This document shows positions 30,817 through 38,644 of a stretch of DNA of 64,000 nt, one piece after another; position 1 is the stretch's first letter, and each line of letters starts with the position of its first letter. The stretch comes from Nitrospinota bacterium (GTDB taxonomy: Bacteria; UBA8248). The stretch is taken from assembly GCA_030754595.1 (NCBI GenBank), contig JASLZZ010000039.1:1-64000 (forward strand), written 5' to 3'. Made by a program: the position numbers and the translations under genes. The notes beneath the pieces are model-generated. The model had not been told where the DNA came from. It made no database searches and saw only the letters and a program-made list of their open reading frames with translations.

Positions 30817-31775
30817 GTCCGCGCAATCTCCTTGAGTGCGTCCAGCAGGCGCTTATTGTCGGGGCCGGTCCGGACGGCGAAGCGAACGAAGCGGTTTTTT
30901 TCGATGTCGGTGAACGAGTCGCAGTTCCGGGCTGCTATGCTAAATTCAAGAAGCTCCCGGCAAAGAAGGTCGGCGTCGGGAACGCGGCAGAGAATGAAAT
31001 TCGCCGCCGAGGGAAGCGGTTCGAGCCCCAGCGTCTCGAGGCTGGCTGCCAGTTCGGCGCGCAGCCGGGGGACGAGCGTGCGGGTTCGCCCGGCGTATTC
31101 GCGGTCGGCGAGCGCGGCGACTCCGGCGGCGAGGGCCAGGGCGTTGACGCTCCAGGGAGGCTGAAGCCGCCTGAGGCGGTCGATGGTTTCGGGAGGCGCA
31201 ATCAGGTACCCGAGCCGCAGTCCGGGGATGGCATAGAACTTGGTGAGCGAGCGAATCACGATGAGCCGGGGGTCCCTCGCCGCACTGGGGGCGAGGGAGT
31301 GCTCCTCGCCCGCGAAATTCATGAACGACTCGTCGGCCACAATCGCGCCTGGCGTCTCGATAATCTTGTCCGGCGGAATCAGCCTTCCCTCGGGGCTCGT
31401 CGGGTTCGCGAGGAAAGTGACGTCGGCCTCGCCCCGGGTCACAGGGATGTCCGCCGCCTCGAGGGCGTCTTCGTACTCCGTGAAGGCGGGAACGATCACC
31501 CGCGCCCGAGAGCCCGTGAAGAGGCGGGTGACGAGATAGATCAAATCGGCCGCGCCGTTTCCCGCGAGGACGCACTCGGGCGGGACGCCGTGATATTCGG
31601 CGGCGGCGGCGCAAAATTCGTGGGCGTCCGGGCTGGGGTAGGCGGCGATCAACTCCGCGCCTTGGCTAAGAACTAGCCGCACCGACGCAGGCGGCCCCAG
31701 CGGGTTGACGTTCGAGCTGAAGTCGAGCAGGGATCGGTCGGAAGCGCCCCCATGTTTTCGTTTCAACGGCCGCAC
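30798..31775 (-). CDS. cobD: L-threonine-O-3-phosphate decarboxylase
   Basis: HGG, LDFSSNVNPLGPP, GNGA, DESFM, PLP lysine motif RSLTKFYAIPGLRLG, PWSVN. Confidence 0.88.
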   Translation of the reverse strand: MRPLKRKHGGASDRSLLDFSSNVNPLGPPASVRLVLSQGAELIAAYPSPDAHEFCAAAAEYHGVPPECVLAGNGAADLIYLVTRLFTGSRARVIVPAFTEYEDALEAADIPVTRGEADVTFLANPTSPEGRLIPPDKIIETPGAIVADESFMNFAGEEHSLAPSAARDPRLIVIRSLTKFYAIPGLRLGYLIAPPETIDRLRRLQPPWSVNALALAAGVAALADREYAGRTRTLVPRLRAELAASLETLGLEPLPSAANFILCRVPDADLLCRELLEFSIAARNCDSFTDIEKNRFVRFAVRTGPDNKRLLDALKEIARTCPVNR

Positions 31776-32009
31776 CTCGGATAGGTCGTGGCGCCCGCTT
31801 CGAGCACGGGCAAAAATTCCGGCTTCGGCCTCGCTCCGAAGAGGCTCCCGGGATGCGGGAGCGGCGACGGTTTAAGGCAGAGCCTTCAGCGGTGGAAGGT
31901 TTTCGTCCGTGGGGGGAGGTGCGGCGGGATGGCTCTCGGAATGCGAATACGAAAGAGGCAGGCCCACGACCAGTGCTCCCAATCCACGAGGAGAAACCGA
32001 TTCCAATCC

Positions 32010-32170
32010 TGCGGGCCGGTATCCTGGCTGACGGCCTTTATCGCGCTCGCCTTCCCAATGCTTCGCACCGGTGGCATCGTAAGCGCGCATGACCGATTAC
32101 AGTGGCGGGACCGCGCCGGATTCGCACCGGCTTCCCGTAAGCCCCCTCGGGGCACCCAGCAGAACTCCAG
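32010..32170 (-). ncRNA. Cobalamin riboswitch upstream of the cobD-cobQ-cbiB-cobN operon
   Basis: Minus strand: GGTGCCCC...CGGGAAGCCGGTGCGAATCCGGCGCGGTCCCGCCACTGTAA...GCCACCG...TGGGAAGGC...AGCCAGGATACCGGCC (B12 box); ends approximate. Confidence 0.93.
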
Positions 32171-32259
32171 ACAGCTAACACCTTCCGTTCCGGGGTGTCA
32201 AGCTTTTTGCTTTCCGAGTGGCCGATGCTTTTATGCTTGGTCACACTCAAGTGATTGAT

Positions 32260-32790
32260 ATGAGCGAGGTTGTCCTGATCACCGGCGGCGCGCGAAGCGG
32301 CAAGAGCCGCCACGCGCTGGAAATGGCCGGCCGCCGCGAGCGGGGAAGGGTCTATATCGCCACCGCGGAGCCTTTTGACGATGACATGCGCTCCCGGATT
32401 CGGGAACACCGGCTCGAGCGGGGGGGTTCGTTCGAGACCGTCGAGGCGCCGCTAGATCTCACTGGCGCACTGGGTTCGATCCCCGGCAATACGGAGGTGG
32501 CTGTGGTGGACTGCCTTACCGTTTGGCTGGGGAACCTGGTGCATCATCGCGGCGAGGACGAAGATTCATTCCCGGAGGTGAACGCTTTTCTCAAGACCCT
32601 TGATCGGCCTCCCTGCGATCTTGTATTAGTGACGAACGAGGTGGGCATGGGCATGATTCCAGAGAGTAGATTAGCCCGCCGGTTCCGCGACTCTCTAGGC
32701 CGCCTGAATCAGGAGGTGGCCCGTCGGGCGGACCGGGTGGTGCTCATGGCGAGCGGGCTTCCAATCGCAATAAAGGGAGAGGAGCGATGA
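32260..32790 (+). CDS. cobU: Adenosylcobinamide kinase / adenosylcobinamide-phosphate guanylyltransferase
   Basis: ITGGARSGKS, YIATA, VDCLTVW, VTNEVGMG, RFRD-LGRLNQ. Confidence 0.95.
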   Translation: MSEVVLITGGARSGKSRHALEMAGRRERGRVYIATAEPFDDDMRSRIREHRLERGGSFETVEAPLDLTGALGSIPGNTEVAVVDCLTVWLGNLVHHRGEDEDSFPEVNAFLKTLDRPPCDLVLVTNEVGMGMIPESRLARRFRDSLGRLNQEVARRADRVVLMASGLPIAIKGEER

Positions 32791-33845
32791 GCCGCCTTTC
32801 GGATGTTCTCCGTGGAATTCCGTCGGTCAATCGCGCCCTCGAGGAAAAGGCCAGCGATCACCTGGACCGGCTGACTAAGCCGCCGGGCAGCCTGGGTCGC
32901 CTTGAGGACATAGCGGTGCAGTATTGCTGCATCACGGGAGCGGTGAGTCCCTTGCTGGGCAAGAAGGCGATATTCACTTTCGCGGGGGATCACGGGGTGG
33001 CCGAGGAAGGGGTTTCCGCCTACCCCAAGGAAGTGACCCTCCAGATGGTCCGCAACATGTTGGCCGGAGGGGCGGCGGTAAGCGTTCTCGCCGCACACGC
33101 CGGGGCCGAGGTCCGTGTGGTGGATATCGGGGTCGACGATCCGCTGGAGGGAGCCGTGGGCCTTGTCCGGAGAAAGGTCCGATCCGGCACCGGCAACATC
33201 GCGAAAGAGCCGGCGATGACGGCCGGGGAGGCGCGGCAGGCACTCGAGGCCGGAATCGATCTGGCTCGCGGTGCGGCGGCCGACGGGGTGAAGTTGATCG
33301 GGACGGGCGAGATGGGTATCGCCAACACGACGCCCTCCGCCGCGCTCTTTGCCGCCCTGCTTCCCTGCTCTCCCGGCGAGATTGCCGGGCGGGGAACCGG
33401 TATCGATGACGAAGCCCTCACGAAAAAGGTGGCGGTCATCGAGCGGGCGCTTTCGCTTCATTCGGATAACCTCTCCGACCCGGTGGAGGCGTTGGCCGCG
33501 ATCGGGGGGCTGGAGATCGCGGGGATCGCCGGGCTGATCCTCGGGGCGGCTTTCTGCCGGGTGCCGGTGGTGGTGGACGGTTTCATCTCCTCGGCGGGAG
33601 CGCTGGTGGCCTGCCGGATGTGCGAGCGGGTGAAGAACTATCTCTTTTTCAGTCACTGCTCCGAGGAGAGGGGACACCGGGTGTTTTTCGAGCAGTTTGG
33701 GGCCGATCCGATCCTGGACCTGAGGCTGAGTCTTGGGGAGGGGACCGGCGCGGCGCTGGCGATGCCGATCATCGAGTCGGCGGTCAAAATCTATAACGAA
33801 ATGGCGACCTTCGATTCCGCCGGGGTGAGCGAGGGAGGGCCGTGA
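32787..33845 (+). CDS. cobT: Nicotinate-nucleotide--dimethylbenzimidazole phosphoribosyltransferase
   Basis: LTKPPGSLGRLE, FAGDHGV, GEMGIANTT, VDGFIS, LGEGTGA, MATF. Confidence 0.95.
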   Translation: MSRLSDVLRGIPSVNRALEEKASDHLDRLTKPPGSLGRLEDIAVQYCCITGAVSPLLGKKAIFTFAGDHGVAEEGVSAYPKEVTLQMVRNMLAGGAAVSVLAAHAGAEVRVVDIGVDDPLEGAVGLVRRKVRSGTGNIAKEPAMTAGEARQALEAGIDLARGAAADGVKLIGTGEMGIANTTPSAALFAALLPCSPGEIAGRGTGIDDEALTKKVAVIERALSLHSDNLSDPVEALAAIGGLEIAGIAGLILGAAFCRVPVVVDGFISSAGALVACRMCERVKNYLFFSHCSEERGHRVFFEQFGADPILDLRLSLGEGTGAALAMPIIESAVKIYNEMATFDSAGVSEGGP

Positions 33846-34624
33846 CCGGTGGGCTGATCGCCGCCATTCGCACCCTGACGATTTTACCGGCTCCGGGGAG
33901 GGAGGCCGGGCGGATGTCCTCGGCCCTGCCGTGGTTCCCCCTCGTGGGCGCTTTGCTGGGGGGCGCTATTTACGGACTTGCCGCCGGTGTGGAGGCGCTC
34001 TCGGGCGGCTGGCCGGGCGGGGCGGCAGCGGCCGCGCTGGCGGGTGGGGTGGTTCTCACCGGCGCTCTTCACCTGGACGGGCTTGCCGATTGGGCGGACG
34101 GCTTTGGCGGCGGGCGGGACCGGGAAAAAATTCTCGACATCATGAAGGACTCTTCGACAGGGGCGTTCGGGGCGGTCGCCCTGGTCTTGGTGTTGCTCAT
34201 CAAGTGGGTTTCGATCTCCCGCCTCACCGCCTCGGGAAACCTGATCTGGCTCGCCGCCGCTTGCGTGATATCCCGGACGGCGATGGTGGAACTCGCGGTG
34301 TGGCTACCATACGCCCGGCTGGAGGGCGGAACAGGCTCGGAAATCGTTGAAGGCGCCCGGAGCGCTCACCGGGCGGGGGCGGTGTTCATCGCCCTGTCGG
34401 TGCTTCTTGTCCTCGGAGGGCCGGCGGGGGCGCTGTCCCTCGCGGGAGGATGGATCGCCTGCCGGGGATACGGCCTCTGGTGCAGAAGGCGCGTCGGGGG
34501 GATCACCGGAGATCTGCTCGGCGCGGGGGGCGAACTCATCGAGGCATTGATGCTGTCGGTCTTCGCCCTCGCGGGGCCGGAGTTGGTCCGGTATGCGGTT
34601 TGGGGAAGGTGGCCTGGGTTTTAG
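33842..34624 (+). CDS. cobS: Adenosylcobinamide-GDP ribazoletransferase (cobalamin synthase)
   Basis: LTGALHLDGLADWADG, IMKDSSTGAFG, GGITGDLLGA; hydrophobic membrane protein. Confidence 0.94.
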   Translation: MTGGLIAAIRTLTILPAPGREAGRMSSALPWFPLVGALLGGAIYGLAAGVEALSGGWPGGAAAAALAGGVVLTGALHLDGLADWADGFGGGRDREKILDIMKDSSTGAFGAVALVLVLLIKWVSISRLTASGNLIWLAAACVISRTAMVELAVWLPYARLEGGTGSEIVEGARSAHRAGAVFIALSVLLVLGGPAGALSLAGGWIACRGYGLWCRRRVGGITGDLLGAGGELIEALMLSVFALAGPELVRYAVWGRWPGF

Positions 34625-34782
34625 GAATCGTTTTTCGGCGATTCCCCGGGTCTCTGGATAAACTCCTTCTTCTCGGCCCGGCGGTATCGATGATGTTCAG
34701 CCGTTCGTAGATACGCAGCAGGGCATCGGCGGCGGGATTTGCCGCCGGGGCGCTTTATTCAAGAAAACGGAGGGACCTGAAA

Positions 34783-35577
34783 ATGCCGGACGTGACCGTG
34801 AACGGGGTGAGGCTCCACTATCTGGACAAGGGCGAGGGGCCGGCGATTGTGCTGGTGCATGGTTTTCAGAGCTCGGCGTTCGCGTTTCATCCGATTATTG
34901 ATCGCCTCGCCGAAAGCTTCCGGGTGCTCGCGCTGGACCTGAGGGGTCACGGGGACTCGGAGAGACCGGCGGGGCCCTACCGGATTCAGGATTTCTCGGA
35001 CGACGTTCTCGCCTTCATCGACGTGCTGGGGCTCGAGCGGGTGGACTACATGGGCCAGAGCATGGGCGGGCGGACGGGCACGCTTTTCGGGGTCGAGCAC
35101 AGTGATCGCCTGAACCGGTTGATGCTGGTCTCCTCGTCGGCGGGGCCGCCGTCGGGCGACTACCGAGCGCACTTCGAGGGGCTCCTTGCCCAGGCTGGGC
35201 GGGAGGGAATGGCCGCCATCTTCGACAGCGAAAATTATCAGAGCCGGGTTCCGCCCCAGCTCAGAGAGGGGGAACTCGCGCGGGAACTCAGAGAGCGTTT
35301 CCTCAAAAACACACCCGAGACCTATGCCGCGACGGCGAACGCGCTGTTCACGATGCCTGACCTGGTGTGCCGGCTCGGCGAAATCGGCGCTCCCACCTGG
35401 GTCTGCCACGGCGGGAACGACGAGGGACCACTCGATTTTAGTGAAGTCTATTTGGAGGGTGTTCCCACCTGCCGGCGGGTGATTATCGCCGGCTCGGGTC
35501 ATCACCCAATCTGGGACAACACCGGCGAATTCATGGATGAGGTCGGCGCGTTTCTGGCTGAATTCCCCGTCGGGTAA
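34783..35577 (+). CDS. Alpha/beta hydrolase (PcaD / enol-lactone hydrolase-like)
   Basis: VLVHG, DLRGHG, nucleophile GQSMGG, C-terminal SGHH. Confidence 0.88.
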   Translation: MPDVTVNGVRLHYLDKGEGPAIVLVHGFQSSAFAFHPIIDRLAESFRVLALDLRGHGDSERPAGPYRIQDFSDDVLAFIDVLGLERVDYMGQSMGGRTGTLFGVEHSDRLNRLMLVSSSAGPPSGDYRAHFEGLLAQAGREGMAAIFDSENYQSRVPPQLREGELARELRERFLKNTPETYAATANALFTMPDLVCRLGEIGAPTWVCHGGNDEGPLDFSEVYLEGVPTCRRVIIAGSGHHPIWDNTGEFMDEVGAFLAEFPVG

Positions 35578-35660
35578 GGGGCTTCGGGAGCGAAATGGCT
35601 CTTTTGGGGGGGGAATTCGCGCCCTCCATTAAGCCGCTCCGGAGATTGACCGATAGGTAT

Positions 35661-35684
35661 AAAAGCCCCCTTTAGGGGGGTTTT
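35661..35684. terminator. Possible bidirectional intrinsic terminator
   Basis: AAAAGCCCCC-TTTA-GGGGGGTTTT hairpin flanked by A and T runs. Confidence 0.45.
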
Positions 35685-35806
35685 AATTGATTTAGGGCGA
35701 ACTCGCGAATTGCCGCAATTGGAAATAGTTGCAATTCGCGGAGAAAATTGTCTAAAATTCGCGTTCTTGGTTCTTTTCTTGTTTTGAGAGGTTTTCGCCC
35801 GTACCC

Positions 35807-36478
35807 ATGAATCCGTCTGTCGCCATCATTCACGCCACACGCGCCGCCGTCACCCCTATCGAGGAAACCTTCGCGCGGCTCTGGCCCGATGCCGAAACAA
35901 CCAGCCTTCTGGATGAATCCCTGAGCCGGGATCTGGATAGGGAGGGTGAACTAACACCGGCCCTGTCGGAACGCATCGGCAGGCTCGCCTGTTTCGCGAA
36001 AAGCGGCGGGGCGGACGCGATTTTGTTTTCCTGCTCGGCGTTTGGCGATGCCATCGAGGTGGCGCGGGCCTCGATGGACATTCCGGTCCTCAAGCCCAAC
36101 GAGGCGATGCTCGAAGAAGCGTTGGCGGCGGGCTCGCAAATCCGCCTCGTCGCGACGTTCAAGCCATCCATCCAGTCCATGCTCAAGGAACTCGACGAAA
36201 TGAGTGGGAAGCGTGGGCAGAAAATCGAGACCGATTCGTGTTTTGTACCCGGGGCCCTTGAGGCCCTTTTATGCGGAGATGGAGAAAAACACGACTTCCT
36301 GATCGCCGAGGCGTTGGCTGATCAACCGCCCTGCGATGTCGTGCTTCTGGGTCAATTCTCGATGGCCCGTGCGCTACCCGCCGTTACCCGGAAGATCGGC
36401 ACGAAAATCCTCACCAGCCCGGACAGCGCGGTCTCGAACCTTCGCGAGCAGCTTTCCCTCGTCAGAGAATCATTCTAA
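35807..36478 (+). CDS. Asp/Glu/hydantoin racemase-family protein
   Basis: SLLDESL, AILFSCSAFG, PVLKPNEAM, LGQFSMA, ILTSPDSAV. Confidence 0.78.
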   Translation: MNPSVAIIHATRAAVTPIEETFARLWPDAETTSLLDESLSRDLDREGELTPALSERIGRLACFAKSGGADAILFSCSAFGDAIEVARASMDIPVLKPNEAMLEEALAAGSQIRLVATFKPSIQSMLKELDEMSGKRGQKIETDSCFVPGALEALLCGDGEKHDFLIAEALADQPPCDVVLLGQFSMARALPAVTRKIGTKILTSPDSAVSNLREQLSLVRESF

Positions 36479-36543
36479 GTCCCACGCCCCGAATTTCACG
36501 CCTTATTTCCCCGTTGTCCGTCTTTGCCAGAAAGAATTCGGAG

Positions 36544-38142
36544 CTAATGGACTGCTTCTGACAATTCCGGGGCCGGAAGGGGCGTCCACCATTTCTCAAG
36601 ATTCAAATCATCCGCGATTACGCCCGCCGCGTTGTATCCCGGAGCGCCGTTCAGGCCCCCGCCCTGACAGCTTGACCCGCAGAGATAAAATCCCTCGAGC
36701 GGGGTCCGCAAGCCCGAGAGTAGGGGGTGTGGTCGGTTCACTCCGAGCTGGTCTTTTTTGTAGGCCCCCATCCGGACGGCGACGTTGACCATGTTCGAGT
36801 TTCCTCTCTCGATGTCGAGAGGGGTGAAGAGTTTTGCCGCACGAAGGGTGTCCCCGGTCAGGTTCGGCGCATACTCCCTCCAGACGTCGAGGAGCCTCCC
36901 GGTCATCTCCTCCTGTATTTCATCCCATTTTTCGGGGCCTTTCCCCTCGATGCTGTAAGGGGCGCCGGGCCACCAGAAGGCGACGTGGCCGCCATCGGGG
37001 GTGTAGGAGGGGTCGTGCTGGCTGTTGCACGAGCCGTTTCCCATCGGCCGGGTGGGGATTTTTCCGGCGCGGCGCTCCTGGGCGTTCTGCTCGACTTCCT
37101 CATCGGTGTCCGCCCCGAAAATGATATTGAACGACTCGCCGACGGCGGGGTCGTATTCCTCGGCCCGGTATACCGGGCGCTCGGAGGTGGCGATGTGGAG
37201 TGTCATCAGGGAGTGGAATCCCCAATCCCACGTCCGGATTTTTTCATTCACCTCGCCCGGAAAGGCGTCCTCCCCCGCTAGCCGAATTGAGGCGGGCGCG
37301 TTCAGGCCGCTGGCGACGAATTTATTGGCCAGATGGCGGCTGCCGTCGTCGAGAACGCCGCCCGCCGCCCGGCCTCCCTCCCGGATGACCTCGCGGACCC
37401 GGCTGCTCCGGTGGACTTCCCCACCCTGCTCGACGACGAGTTTTTCGAGCGCCCGGGGCAGCTCGAGCGCCCCGCCGCAGGGGAGGCCCAGTGTCGTTTG
37501 AGTCGAGAAAAGACCGGGAAAGAACATGCCGGTTCCGGGTTCGTCCTCGACGGTGATCGCGTGGGCGAAGAGCTTGAACAAGGTGCGCAGGCGGGGGTGC
37601 TCGAAGTGGGCGTCGATGGCCCCGGAAATGCTCATCGGCGCGAAGGCGAGAAGATCGCGGCCTTTTTCGCCCTGAACGCGCTCCGCGATTTCGGCGGGCG
37701 GAAGCGGGGTGTGGAAAAGAAAACTCCGCATGAGCGGACCGAGTTCAACGGCATAGCGTTGATGTAGCTCGCGAAATGTTTTTGCGTCCTTTTCCGAGAA
37801 CCGGGCGATTGAGGCCGCGCTTTTTTCGGGGTCCCGGTGAAGGACGATGGCGGAGCCGTCGCGGAAGAGGGCGGCGTGCTGCACCGGGGGGGTGAGCCAC
37901 CGGAACCCGTACCTTCCGAGATCGAGGTCGCTCATGATCGGGAAATCGTCCAGCCCGATGAAAAAGTTCGCGTGCATGTTGGAACGGTAACCCGGAAGGA
38001 GATATTCGAGGGTGGAGGAGCCGCCGCCGATCTCCTCTTCGCTCTCGAAAATGCCCACCTTTAGGCTGCTCCGCGCCATGTAGGCCGCACAAACGAGGGC
38101 GTTGTGCCCGGCACCGATCATGATTCCGTCATAGTTTCCCAT
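36544..38142 (-). CDS. FAD-dependent oxidoreductase, phytoene dehydrogenase-like family
   Basis: IGAGHNALV dinucleotide fold, IGGG, TPLDIER, RTPLEGFYLCGSS-GGG-GAPGYNAA. Confidence 0.85.
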   Translation of the reverse strand: MGNYDGIMIGAGHNALVCAAYMARSSLKVGIFESEEEIGGGSSTLEYLLPGYRSNMHANFFIGLDDFPIMSDLDLGRYGFRWLTPPVQHAALFRDGSAIVLHRDPEKSAASIARFSEKDAKTFRELHQRYAVELGPLMRSFLFHTPLPPAEIAERVQGEKGRDLLAFAPMSISGAIDAHFEHPRLRTLFKLFAHAITVEDEPGTGMFFPGLFSTQTTLGLPCGGALELPRALEKLVVEQGGEVHRSSRVREVIREGGRAAGGVLDDGSRHLANKFVASGLNAPASIRLAGEDAFPGEVNEKIRTWDWGFHSLMTLHIATSERPVYRAEEYDPAVGESFNIIFGADTDEEVEQNAQERRAGKIPTRPMGNGSCNSQHDPSYTPDGGHVAFWWPGAPYSIEGKGPEKWDEIQEEMTGRLLDVWREYAPNLTGDTLRAAKLFTPLDIERGNSNMVNVAVRMGAYKKDQLGVNRPHPLLSGLRTPLEGFYLCGSSCQGGGLNGAPGYNAAGVIADDLNLEKWWTPLPAPELSEAVH

Positions 38143-38176
38143 TCCGGGTCTCCTTCATAATGGTGTGTGGTAAATC

Positions 38177-38644
38177 TCAAGGGCCGGACAGCCTCCGGAC
38201 CGCTTTTAAAATTTCCGGATATGATCCGCACCGGCAGTAGTGGCCGTTGAGATAGGTTTTCGCCTCCTCGTCGGTGGGTGTGGAATTCTCGGCGAGAAGC
38301 GCTTTAACCGCGAGCATCATCCCCGAGGTGCAAAAAGCGCACTGAAACGCGCCTTCCTCGAGAAATGCCTCTTGAACCGGATCGAGCCGCTCTCCGTCGG
38401 CGAGGCCTTCGGCAGTGGATATCTCCGCTCCCTCCGGGAGCGTGGAGGCCAGTTTGAGGCAGGAGCTGATCGGATTTCCGTTCAGAAGCACCGTGCAGGA
38501 TCCGCAGGCCCCGACGCTGCACCCCTCGCGGGCCGCTTTAAGGCCGAGCCGGTCGCGGAGCATGTCCAGAAGGAGGGTGTTGTCCTCGATTTCCACCCGC
38601 CGGCCCTCGCCGTTTATCTTGAGGCTGATGGTCCGCCGGCTCAT
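38177..38644 (-). CDS. Molybdenum hydroxylase small subunit (two [2Fe-2S]; CoxS-like)
   Basis: GCSVGACGSCTV, QCAFCTSG, HYCRCG. Confidence 0.93.
   Translation of the reverse strand: MSRRTISLKINGEGRRVEIEDNTLLLDMLRDRLGLKAAREGCSVGACGSCTVLLNGNPISSCLKLASTLPEGAEISTAEGLADGERLDPVQEAFLEEGAFQCAFCTSGMMLAVKALLAENSTPTDEEAKTYLNGHYCRCGSYPEILKAVRRLSGP

Noticed and set aside
34622..34755. Minus-strand coding-like fragment (DALLRIYERLNIID) after cobS
   Set aside because: No start and no family motif recognised.
36544..38142. Carotenoid biosynthesis (crtI)
   Set aside because: No crtB/crtE; it follows Mo hydroxylase subunits, so only the broad family is supportable.
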